Source: Dehalococcoidia bacterium | GTDB lineage: Bacteria > Chloroflexota > Dehalococcoidia > Lucifugimonadales > VXLM01 | DNA length: 64,000 nt | Assembly: GCA_034423035.1 (NCBI GenBank) | Contig: DAOUJF010000011.1 | Coordinates: 9,238 to 73,237, forward strand | Direction: 5' to 3' | Part shown: positions 53,001 to 64,000 of the stretch, one piece after another | How the letters are laid out: each line of letters opens with the position of its first letter | Numbering within the stretch: position 1 is the first letter of the stretch | Program-made: the position numbers and the translations under genes | Notes under the pieces: generated by a model | What the model saw: only the letters and a program-made list of their open reading frames with translations | The model's database searches: none | What the model was told of the DNA's origin: nothing

Positions 53001-54513
53001 TCAATTCGGTGCCCCTGATAATTAGTGTTTTCAACATTGTGAGGTCGCTCAGCCAGCCGGGTACCTCACCGGTCAACTCGCTGAGTCCGATCGTCAGCAA
53101 TCGCAGGCCCGTGAGTTTGCGCAGTTCTTCAGGAATTTCACCTTCCAGTCGATTTCCATCGAGGATCAACCAAGACAGGTTAGAAAGGTCACCGAGCTCT
53201 GCCGGAATCCTCCCCGTAAAACGGTTATGACCGAGATTTAACGTTCTCAGGTTGTCAAGCTCACCAAGCCATTCAGGTACCTCCCCAGTCAACTGGTTCT
53301 TGCTGAGGTTCAGTTGTCTGAGCTCATAGAGGCCTCCCAATGATGCCGGTATATCCCCGGACAAAGAGTTTAAGTTAAGACTAAGCGATCGCAGTGCGGA
53401 GAGATCGCCCAGTTCTGCCGGGATGGGACCGTTCAAGTCGTTTAGAGCCAGATAAAGAGAATGCAGGTTGACAAGGTTGCCCAGTTCCGACGGTATTTCC
53501 CCAGTCAACTGGTTGTTACCAAGGTCCAGTGACTCCAGAAGGGAGAGACCGCCCAGTTCCGCCGGAATCTCCCCAGTCAAACGGTTGGCGCCGAGGCTAA
53601 GTGATTCCAGAAGGGAGAGATCGCCCAGTTCGGCCGGTATCTGCCCGCTCAACCGATTGTCATTGAGATACAGCCCGTTGACACGCCCGTCTTTGTCATT
53701 TGAAACACCGTACCATTCCCTGAAAGGCCGATCGCTCAACCAATTGTCGCTATTCTCCCAGTTCTGACCGTCCACGGCCTCGTAGAGGTTGACCAGCGCT
53801 TCCCGGTCCACAGACGAGACCACAGACGTACAGCTACTTCCTCGGACCGTCCTCACGTTCCCCAGCCATGTCTGGAATGCGTCATTGACAGGTGCACAGA
53901 GGCCCGCATTGTTGATGTAGAAGAATGCCCACAAGAATGTCATTCCTGTGAAAGATTGAGGCAGCATTCCCGTAAATCGATTGTCGTTTATGAGCAACTC
54001 TCTCAGGTTTTCGAGATCGCTAATTTCCGGCGGCACCTCTCCCGTCAGTTCGTTGCTATGGAGGTACAGGAATTGCAGGCTGGAGAGATTACCCAAATGA
54101 GCCGGGATCCCACCGGTAAGCCGATTGAACTGCAACGACAGCTGCAGCAAGTTTGACAAATTCCCTAGTTCCGCAGGTATTGTCCCGTTCAAACCGCGTC
54201 TGATCAGGGTCAATCTCGTGACGCGCGACCCCTCCAAGGTTATGCCGTCCCATTGAGCAATGGGAACACCTGCCGACCAGTTCAGCGTCGCATCGCCCGC
54301 CAATGTGTCGCGGGCCTCAAGCAGTATGTTGCAGTCAGAGACGAGGCCGGGGTTGTTTTCGGGGTTGGGGACGGCGGCGCCGGTGGAGCAGGTGGGAGTG
54401 TCGCCGGTCTGGGCGTGGGCAGGAAGCTGCTCGATAAGTGCAGGGGCCAGCAGGGCAATCGCTAACGCAACGAGGACGGGACCCATTGCGATAATGGTCC
54501 TTCTTGAGTCCAT
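50029..54513 (-). CDS. Secreted leucine-rich repeat protein with plant-type 24-aa LRRs in three capped blocks
   Basis: Signal peptide ending AHA. Roughly 50 LxxLxLxxNxLTGxIPxELGx repeats. Cys caps C..GAAVPNP..NPGLVSDC (twice), DREAL..LY and GCVP...LGL..C. Confidence 0.92.
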   Translation of the reverse strand: MDSRRTIIAMGPVLVALAIALLAPALIEQLPAHAQTGDTPTCSTGAAVPNPENNPGLVSDCNILLEARDTLAGDATLNWSAGVPIAQWDGITLEGSRVTRLTLIRRGLNGTIPAELGNLSNLLQLSLQFNRLTGGIPAHLGNLSSLQFLYLHSNELTGEVPPEISDLENLRELLINDNRFTGMLPQSFTGMTFLWAFFYINNAGLCAPVNDAFQTWLGNVRTVRGSSCTSVVSSVDREALVNLYEAVDGQNWENSDNWLSDRPFREWYGVSNDKDGRVNGLYLNDNRLSGQIPAELGDLSLLESLSLGANRLTGEIPAELGGLSLLESLDLGNNQLTGEIPSELGNLVNLHSLYLALNDLNGPIPAELGDLSALRSLSLNLNSLSGDIPASLGGLYELRQLNLSKNQLTGEVPEWLGELDNLRTLNLGHNRFTGRIPAELGDLSNLSWLILDGNRLEGEIPEELRKLTGLRLLTIGLSELTGEVPGWLSDLTMLKTLIIRGTELTGEIPVSLGNLANLESLYLSDNKLTGEIPASLSNLSNLDILQLDGNELSGEIPTALGGMSNLKHLWLNDNQLTGNIPSELGSLGNLRALHLSDNRLTGEIPAALGNLTNLGWIFLAGNQLTGCVPESWRDVRSNDLADLGLPYCGEEEEPSDCSSGAAVPNPTDNPGLVSDCEALLASRDTLAGTASLNWSVDTAIEEWDGITVGGGPLRVTELTSSGLELTGEIPAALGKLANLESLSLYGKQLSGEIPRELGNLSDLRHLRIGNSRVNGSIPAELGNLTKLTTLSLFNNRLSGTIPSELGNLANLVELTLGRNQFTGPLPGELGNLSNLSVMGFAHNRLTGPIPPELGNLSNLRTLDFFSNQLTGTIPPELGNLSNLQRLDFFASQLTGPIPVELGNLSNLIRLNLSLNRLTGTIPPELGRLTGLNYLDLGANRLTGPIPNDLGKLVSLRGMNLSRNKLAGTIPVELGNLSNLSSLALNGNLLEGTIPAALGDLLNLWRMDLSSNRLTGPIPVEFGDMSNLRGLYLSENQLTGTIPAELGDLTNLGGLRLSYNQLTGEIPSELGGLANLAQLELAENRLTGEIPPELGDLSELRILKLYGNQLSGRLPLAIGRLSMLETLHLGENSLTGSLPPELGGLAQLEQLALHGNGLTGPIPSELGNLARLRWLYLNNNELTAEIPSELGRLSNLTYMNLRDNGLSGPIPAELGNLSNLVVLNLHSNELTGQIPDVSGMTALEQMYLANNDLSGKLPASLGTLTKVREMWLWGNELSGPIPDLTGMTSLVRLKLQDNNLTGGVPAWFGEMTDLQYLYLHRNPLGGMIPSELGNMESLRYLWLYSNDLTGEIPEELGDLDSLWDLNLHSNQLSGPIPSELGDMGSLQRLRLHRNALTGNIPAELGDLEDLRFMWLHGNMLDGPIPAELGSLEELERLWLSENGLTGEIPEELGELSSLVQWRLSGNQLSGCVPAGLTAIEDSDFASLGLAVCEDS

Positions 54514-54681
54514 TCACTTCCCTTAGAAGAAGAGAGTCTGGTCCCCCTCGCCGGTTATCGTACCACTCCTGGAGCCTAAGGACTACTTGCGTTCCTACGC
54601 CGGATTCAGAGTCGAGGGGCTCTCCGCCTGTGCTCGCGATCGTTCGCTGTCGAGGAGTGGCAGGTAGTGATGGCGCAGCGC

Positions 54682-54764
54682 ACCCTTCGACCGGCTCAGG
54701 GTGAACGGGTCTGTTCTTTCGCTGCCATTTCAGGCAGTGGGGCGATTCGGGAATCGCCCCTACG
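54682..54764. repeat. REP-like palindromes
   Basis: cccttcgaccggctcagggtgaacgg and a perfect hairpin ggggcgattc-gg-gaatcgcccc followed by tacg. Confidence 0.65.
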
Positions 54765-54909
54765 GGAGTTTGGCGGAGGGTTGTTTTCGGAGGAGTGACA
54801 TGTTTAGCGGCAGGGAAAGCGGCTTGAGTTAACGATAAAGGTGCGATGGTTGGGGAACCATCGCACCTTGGTTTTCAGTCGCGCTCCTTGTGGGAGGCTA
54901 TGTCGTGTG

Positions 54910-56646
54910 TCACTCGATGCGGATTTCCTGGAGCTTGGGGACGACCATGGGGGTGAGGCGGTAGCCCTTGAGGTATGGTTTTACGAGGGCGTACTGCTCG
55001 CCGGTGAACCACGTGGGGACCCACGCCGCGTCGTCGACGATCATCTGCTCGGCCTGGTTGTAGAGGGCGACCCGTTCGCCGACGTCCTGGATGGTGCGGG
55101 CCTTTTCGAGGATCTGGTCGACTTCGAGGTTGGAGTAGCTGCCGTGGTTCATCCCGCTCTCGGTGTGGAAGAGGATGTCGAGAAAGTCCTGCGGGTCGGG
55201 ATAGTCGGCGGACCAGCCGAGTCCGGCGTATGCCTGGAACTTCTTGTCGTCGAGGTCCTCCAGGTAGGTGGCCCACTCAACCTGCTGGATCTCCACTTCG
55301 ACGCCGAGCTCCTGCTTCCACATTTCGATGATGACTTCGAGGTCGAGGCCGATGGTGCCGCCCGTGCCGGGCACGGTGACGACGATGCGGGGCCTTGTAT
55401 CCGGGTCTGCGTACTTGGACTTCTCCAGGTACTCCCTGGCGAGGTCCGGATCGAAATGCAGGCCCTTGATGTCGGTGGTGTAGCCTGGGAATCCCGGAGG
55501 CAGGATGGAGTAGGCTGGCTTCACGAGTTCGGCGAGGACTTCGTCGGCAATCAATTCCTTGTCGACGGCGTGGTTGAGCGCCCTGCGGAAGTTCGCATCG
55601 TCGAAGGGAGGCTCAGAGGCGTTCATGCCGATGTAGGAGACGGAGAAGCCCGGCGGGGCGACTACGAGCTCCTTGTTCAGCGGCTCATCTGGGTTGAGAA
55701 CGCGCTCAAGATCGAAGAGGCCGACGCCGGTGACGTCAATCTCGTCGTTTTCGTACATGGCCATCGCCTGACCGCCGGCGAGGTTCATATTGATTGCATC
55801 GACGTCCGGGCGCGGGGAGCGATAGTAGTTGTCGAACCGCTTCAGGACAATCCGCTCGCCGATCCTGTACTCATCGAGGATGAACGGACCGGTGCCGACG
55901 GCGCTGTCGACCCACCAGTTCCGGCCGCCGCTCTCGACGGTCTCCTGGTGCAGGACGAACGCCGTCGGGTAGCTGAGCTTGGCCAGGAAGTAGGCCTTGG
56001 GCGCGTCGATGGTGATCTGGAGCGTTTGATCGTCGATGACCTGGACGCCCTCAATCGAGGCGGCGTTGCCTTCGATGTAGTCTTCGGCTCCGATGATGTC
56101 GTTGAGATAGGTGTCCGCCAGATGCGAGGCGAGTTCCGGAGAGGCTGCCCGTTCGATGGACCATTTGAAGTCGTCAGCGGTCACCCTTTCGCCGTTGTGG
56201 AAGGTGACGTTGTCACGGAGCGTGAAGGTGTACACCGTGCCCGTGTCGTCGACTTGCCACTCCTGCGCGATGTCCGGCACGAGCTCCAGGTCGGTATTGA
56301 TGGTCACGAGACCACTGAATATCTCGACGACGACTCCGGCGGAGGTCGTATCGCCCGTCAGGTGGGGGTCGAGGGTTGGCGGGTCGGCCCAGAGTCTGCG
56401 GAATACGCCGCCGCCGGGCTCCGGCAGCTCCTCGTCCGTGTCGATTACGACCTGGGCGGTGTCATCGTCTCCGGCGGTGTCGGTGGAGGCTTCGGTGTCC
56501 TTGGCGGCAGTTTCGGGAGCAGTCTCGCTATCAGTCGCAGAGGGTGCCTGACCCGTCGTCTCAGTTTCGTCGTCGGAACCGTCTCCGCATGCGACAAACG
56601 CCATGGTCGCAATCAGAAGGAATATCAGTGGAAGAAGCTTCTTCAT
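54910..56646 (-). CDS. Oligopeptide ABC transporter substrate-binding lipoprotein (OppA-like)
   Basis: Lipobox FVAC, DPPTLDP, FSGLV, YTFTLR..VTFHNG..VTA.DF, GTGPF, FRRALNHAVDK and W.ADYPDP. Start moved to ATG 56646. Confidence 0.92.
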   Translation of the reverse strand: MKKLLPLIFLLIATMAFVACGDGSDDETETTGQAPSATDSETAPETAAKDTEASTDTAGDDDTAQVVIDTDEELPEPGGGVFRRLWADPPTLDPHLTGDTTSAGVVVEIFSGLVTINTDLELVPDIAQEWQVDDTGTVYTFTLRDNVTFHNGERVTADDFKWSIERAASPELASHLADTYLNDIIGAEDYIEGNAASIEGVQVIDDQTLQITIDAPKAYFLAKLSYPTAFVLHQETVESGGRNWWVDSAVGTGPFILDEYRIGERIVLKRFDNYYRSPRPDVDAINMNLAGGQAMAMYENDEIDVTGVGLFDLERVLNPDEPLNKELVVAPPGFSVSYIGMNASEPPFDDANFRRALNHAVDKELIADEVLAELVKPAYSILPPGFPGYTTDIKGLHFDPDLAREYLEKSKYADPDTRPRIVVTVPGTGGTIGLDLEVIIEMWKQELGVEVEIQQVEWATYLEDLDDKKFQAYAGLGWSADYPDPQDFLDILFHTESGMNHGSYSNLEVDQILEKARTIQDVGERVALYNQAEQMIVDDAAWVPTWFTGEQYALVKPYLKGYRLTPMVVPKLQEIRIE

Positions 56647-56775
56647 CGGACGCACCTCGTTGGTGTTTTTGTGTTGGCACAAACTTTATAACGGAATGGC
56701 GGCGAAAACGGTTGGGATTTTCATTCGCATAGTTTATCGCGTAGTGAGTATAGCGTAACTGATACTCATAGCTCA

Positions 56776-57877
56776 CTAACCTTTCCCTAGGGTGGTCGAC
56801 AGAAAGGCGTCTATGAACCCATCGAGTTCCCCATCGAGAACTCCTTCGGTGTCGGACGTTTCAAACCCGGTCCTATGGTCTTTGACCATCTTATAGGGAT
56901 GGAGCACGTAGCTCCTGATCTGGTTGCCCCACTCGGCGGAGACGTGCTCGCCGCGGATCTTGTCCATCTCCCTGGCGCGTTCGGCCATCTCACGCTCCAA
57001 GAGTCGCGCGGCGAGGATGTTCATGGCAATTGTACGGTTCTGGTAAAGCGAGCGCTCGTTCTGACAACTCGCCTTGATGCCCGTCGGGACGTGGGTGATC
57101 CTGACGGCAGTGGAGTTCTTCTGCACGCTCTGGCCGCCCGCACCACCGGCCTTAAAGACCTCGATCTTAAGGTCGGAGGGGTCTATCTCGATGTCGACGC
57201 CCTCCTCGACCTGTGGCAGGACCTCGGCGAGGGCGAACGAGGTGTGTCGGGCGTGGTCGGAGTCGTAGGGGGAGAGCCGGACGAGCCGGTGGACTCCCTT
57301 CTCGGCCTTGAGGTATCCGTACGCGTAGTCGCCGTCCATCTGAATCGTGACGCTCTTGATTCCCGCGGTATCGCCGGGGGAGATCTCGACGACCTCTCGA
57401 CGGTAACCTCTCAGTTCCGCCCAACGGAGGTACATGCGCATGAGCATCTCCGCCCAGTCCTGGGAGTCGACGCCGCCCGCTCCGGCGTGGATGGCGAGTA
57501 TGGCGTTCCTCCGGTCGTGCGGGCCGGACAGGGCCAGCGTGAACTCAAGGTCGGCAACGCTCCTGGTCAGGTCGGCGAGTTCTTCGGTGAGGGTATCGAG
57601 AATCGAGTCGTCGTCTTCCTCGATAGACAGGTCGACAAGCTCCAAGGCGGATTCAATCCTGCCTTCGAGGGAGCGCCACCGGTCGACTTCTCCTTTGAGG
57701 GCGGCCAGCTCCTTCATCTTGTCCTGGGCCCGCTGGGAGTCTTCCCAGAACGACTCGGCTACGGACTCGCGCTCCAGCACATCGATGCGCTTTTCCTTGT
57801 CGGCAAGGTCAAAGACGCACCATGATCAGGGATATTTTTTCCCGTAGTGCGGACAGGTCGCCTCTCAGGTCTTGCAT
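56776..57877 (-). CDS. prfB: Peptide chain release factor 2 with +1 programmed frameshift
   Basis: 22-codon ORF from ATG 57877 ends in CTT TGA C (57814-57808). The +1 frame continues DLADKEKRID into ORF 56776-57780, which has SPY, GGQ and WGNQIRSY. A GGTG SD-like element lies 3 nt upstream of the shift. Confidence 0.96.
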
Positions 57878-58047
57878 GGGCCGGTTTGCCTCCCTCGCCG
57901 AATGCCACGTCTAATGATACTCCGCGCGTGGAGGGGGCGTAAGGATTCGTGGGGTTTTCAATGACGCTTTTGGGAGGAGGAGCGCTCATGATGCAGCCGA
58001 CATCGTGCAGTCTCCCTCAGTCGAATTCGCCTTCGTACGGACACCTA

Positions 58048-58236
58048 AGATTCTTCGACTCCGCTGCGCTGCGCTCAGAACGACAGCGGGGTTGCTTTTT
58101 CGCCAGCGGGAGAGTTGTCGATTGTTAAAAGTCTGCCCCAGTAAGACCACCACCCCTCTGGATACCGGCCTCCGCCGGTATGACGGTTGCGTCTGGAAGG
58201 GGTGGTCGGGGTGACGTTGCTTCGCGGGTATGACGG
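58048..58236. repeat. Cluster of REP-like palindromes between prfB and uvrA
   Basis: Near-exact copy of 207-258 at 58048-58097, plus ctggataccggcctccgccggtatgacg (58158-58185) and gcttcgcgggtatgacgg (58219-58236). Confidence 0.75.
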
Positions 58237-58254
58237 CTTTCAGAGTTGCGGGCG

Positions 58255-61368
<3,114 letters not shown>

Positions 61369-61506
61369 CCACGCCTCCTGCAATGTGGCGCGTACGATTG
61401 ACTCGCGACCTTGAAGGGTTAGTCCAGCGGAGTTTCTTGGTCGCACGTGCCGATGTCAATTCTAGCACCTGAGACGACTATACGGAACCGTTTGAGCGAT
61501 GGTTTT

Positions 61507-61520
61507 CGGACAATTGTTCT
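61507..61520. promoter_or_regulatory. Putative LexA (SOS) box upstream of uvrA
   Basis: On the minus strand AGAAC-AATT-GTCCG, one mismatch from the GAAC-N4-GTTC core. About 140 bp upstream of the uvrA start. Confidence 0.5.
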
Positions 61521-61608
61521 GTGCGCCAGCCCCTTACCGCTCTGCATCTCCCTCCCTATGGTAGAATCCTCCAAGCACATTCTGACCAAAGATACCGGAG
61601 GGGTGACG

Positions 61609-61983
61609 ATGGCCGGAGAGATGACGATCGAGATACTGGACGACTTCGCGAACGGGTGGAACGAGCATGACCTCGACAAGCTGATGTCGCACATGACGCA
61701 GGACTGCGTGTTCGAGCTCTCGGCGGGGCCAGAGGCGTGGGGCGCTCGCTTCGAGGGCTACGACGACGTTCGCGAGGGTTACAAGCGAGTACTGGACATG
61801 TTCCCCGACGGGCAGTGGGCGGAGCCGAGCCACTTCATCGCGGGCGACCGCGGAGTGACGCAGTGGACGTTCCGGGCGACGGGGGCCGACGGCGCGCAGG
61901 TGGAGGTCAACGGCTGCGACCTCTTCCACTTCGAGGGCGACAAGATTCGGGTGAAGAACTCGTTTCGGAAGATCCGGTCGTAG
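61609..61983 (+). CDS. Nuclear transport factor 2 / SnoaL-like protein
   Basis: GGAGG RBS, F..GWN.HDLD.LMS.MT.DCVF, FPDG.W, GCDLF.F.GDKI..KNSFRK. Confidence 0.88.
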   Translation: MAGEMTIEILDDFANGWNEHDLDKLMSHMTQDCVFELSAGPEAWGARFEGYDDVREGYKRVLDMFPDGQWAEPSHFIAGDRGVTQWTFRATGADGAQVEVNGCDLFHFEGDKIRVKNSFRKIRS

Positions 61984-62044
61984 GTGGTCGCATTCGGGCA
62001 CTCAAAATCCTATCGACGTTGGCGGAGAATCGCCCTCGGCCAGA

Positions 62045-64000
62045 TTAGGGCGTAACCTCATACTCCACCTCAGCTACCTTGCGTTCCCCCGCGTACACCT
62101 GCACGACATAGCGCCCTGTCGCCCACTTCCCCGATGGTGACTGGCCTACAGAAAACCAACTCGTCCCGCCGATGTATTGGTCTTCCCCTGTCAGTGTGTA
62201 ACTCCTGCGTTGAAGCAGGAATCCGTCTTCGTAGTACTCCACAATCTCCATGGGCACCTCACGCGTAGCTCCCGACACCTTATACGAGTACTTCAACGTG
62301 AGGTATACCCAATCAGTAATATCCTGCGCGGAGAAGTCAGATATCGGAGGGCCGTCTGTGCTAGTGACGATGTACGCCTCGTCGATACGCCCATTGATGC
62401 TGGGCAGACTGGGATCGATCGGGCCGGTGTCGACACTCGAAAGGTCGTATGGTTCGGTCCCGTCGTACCAGCGGGCGATGACGGTGTCCGTGGCTTCTTC
62501 TCCTACGCGGAATGCTTCCCTAACATGCTCAACTCCTATCGAAGTGCTGCTGCCGTCGTTGTCATCCCACGCCGTCGATGCAATGTAGAGTTCTCGAAAT
62601 CCCTCTTGAAACTGAGCTTCGCCCAACGTCCGGTTTAGGTCGAGAAACAGCCTTTCTCCCAGTGAATAGTTGCAACCGAATTCGACACCATCCCTGGCAA
62701 CCTCCAGACTCTCCAACTCCGCAATGTTGCGCACATGCGCGCAGGGTGCATTGGTAGCATCGATTTGGTTGCCTGTTCGATCACGCTCTATGTTGGAAGC
62801 TATGAATTCAGCCGCACCTTCATCGACCCAGTCTGCGTTGCCGCTCCAGTAGTAATGCGCCACCTCGTGAGCAATTGCAAAGCTGGCGAACTCCGCATCA
62901 GCCGTCCCGCCGTCGATATCGTACTCAGGAATGATAGCGATATGAGTTCCGAAATTTGTACCTGCGAACGACCCGTCTACAGCGTTTTCATAGAGCAGTC
63001 CGACGTAATTGGTCGGAAGCGGCGCGCCCATGTACTCTTCGACGCTGCGCACAGAGTGTTCAAGTGAGTCCATTGAGCGATTTGCGCCCGGACTCGTGCG
63101 GATGATGACGAGGATGACGTCACCGGACAACGGCAACGTGACGGTCCGCCGTTCCAGAAAAACTTTGGAGGAGTCGAGCAGGACGTCAATGAGACCGGGA
63201 TTCGTGTCTGCTACGCCACGCAACGTGGCAACAACCGGGGCTTCCTCGTTCGATATGCCGTCCAGCAGGGCCTCATGGAACATCACCCTGTCGAATGCTT
63301 CCGGATTAAAGGCCGCGAGCCGCCGTAGTGACGCCATGGCCGATATGTCGGGCGGCTCGATTGTTTCGATGAATGGCATGCCCACAATCTGCAATGCCGC
63401 CTCTGGGCTATTGCGCGCTATCGAATCAACATCCTCGATCAGGGCAGCCTCGGCAACATTGACACCATCCTGTGCCCAACTCAACGAGACGACAGCCAAT
63501 GCGACTTTCGCATTCACGTACGCTATGTAGGACAGTTCTTCAATCGTCTCGACCTCCAACCCTTCAATGCCGTCCTGCACCCATCCTAGTGAGAGGACGG
63601 ACGACGCGACTTCCGTATCACTGAAATTGCTCATCCAGTCAATCGCCCCGGCCTCCAACTCCCCAATGCCGTCCTGCACCCAACTCAGTGAGACGATTGA
63701 CGAAGCGACATCCGCACTGTCGTACGCTATGTAAGACAGTTCCTCAATCATCCTGACTTCCAACTCTTCTATACCGTCCTGCACCCAGCCCAGAGAGACG
63801 ACGGACGACGCGACTTCCGCATCACTGAAATTGCTCATCCAGTCAATCGCCCCGGCCTCTACCTCTTCAATGCCGTCCCGTACCCAGTCCAGAGAGACAA
63901 TGGATAACCCTACACCCTTGTCCTCATTCGCTATGTAGGACAGTTCCTCAATCGTCTTGACCTCCAACCCTTCAATACCGTCCCGTACCCAGCCCAGGAA
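62045..64000 (-). CDS. Repeat-containing gluzincin-type metallopeptidase-like protein (5-prime end outside window)
   Basis: ORF runs open to the window edge. Tandem 33/35-aa SL.WV.DGI repeats, IAHEVAH followed by WVDEG, and a C-terminal beta-sandwich-like domain. Confidence 0.8.
   Translation of the reverse strand, partial: FLGWVRDGIEGLEVKTIEELSYIANEDKGVGLSIVSLDWVRDGIEEVEAGAIDWMSNFSDAEVASSVVSLGWVQDGIEELEVRMIEELSYIAYDSADVASSIVSLSWVQDGIGELEAGAIDWMSNFSDTEVASSVLSLGWVQDGIEGLEVETIEELSYIAYVNAKVALAVVSLSWAQDGVNVAEAALIEDVDSIARNSPEAALQIVGMPFIETIEPPDISAMASLRRLAAFNPEAFDRVMFHEALLDGISNEEAPVVATLRGVADTNPGLIDVLLDSSKVFLERRTVTLPLSGDVILVIIRTSPGANRSMDSLEHSVRSVEEYMGAPLPTNYVGLLYENAVDGSFAGTNFGTHIAIIPEYDIDGGTADAEFASFAIAHEVAHYYWSGNADWVDEGAAEFIASNIERDRTGNQIDATNAPCAHVRNIAELESLEVARDGVEFGCNYSLGERLFLDLNRTLGEAQFQEGFRELYIASTAWDDNDGSSTSIGVEHVREAFRVGEEATDTVIARWYDGTEPYDLSSVDTGPIDPSLPSINGRIDEAYIVTSTDGPPISDFSAQDITDWVYLTLKYSYKVSGATREVPMEIVEYYEDGFLLQRRSYTLTGEDQYIGGTSWFSVGQSPSGKWATGRYVVQVYAGERKVAEVEYEVTP

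Noticed and set aside
50029-54513. CRISPR array or DGR behind the 72-bp periodicity
   Set aside because: The repeats are in-frame coding LRR units with no unique spacers, and no cas or reverse transcriptase gene is present.

Overview
GC-rich bacterial chromosomal window. The taxonomy is an inference, not verified: it looks like Chloroflexota (Dehalococcoidia/SAR202-like), possibly host- or sponge-associated. That rests on paralog expansions of catabolic enzymes and family-5 solute-binding proteins, a plant-type LRR protein, several TA modules and a GAAC-N4-GTTC-like box. About 45 CDS are supported. Core genes are pyrF, modABC, glyA, rnc, a glnII-glnA-gltB-gltD nitrogen cluster, prfB (+1 programmed frameshift) and uvrA. 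Accessory genes include two GHL10-like TIM-barrel paralogs, three orphan family-5 SBPs, a PhyH/FG-GAP/JAB trio, Gfo/Idh/MocA and enolase-superfamily enzymes, a reductive-dehalogenase-like Fe-S protein, a K+ channel, HEPN/MNT, VapBC45 and orphan antitoxins, a 1494-aa secreted LRR protein and a repeat-plus-gluzincin protein. The ORF track misses or misplaces several things: (i) an Rdx-family selenoprotein with an in-frame UGA in a CxxU motif (44523-44792); (ii) two 'gene - cargo - displaced 3-prime end' structures (2001-4385 and 24039-25291) with no integrase; (iii) a duplicated palindromic operator candidate upstream of glnII; (iv) 10-bp-phased triple repeats at 49724-49860; (v) several dispersed REP-like palindrome families. 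I found no rRNA, tRNA, CRISPR array, integrase or intact transposase.
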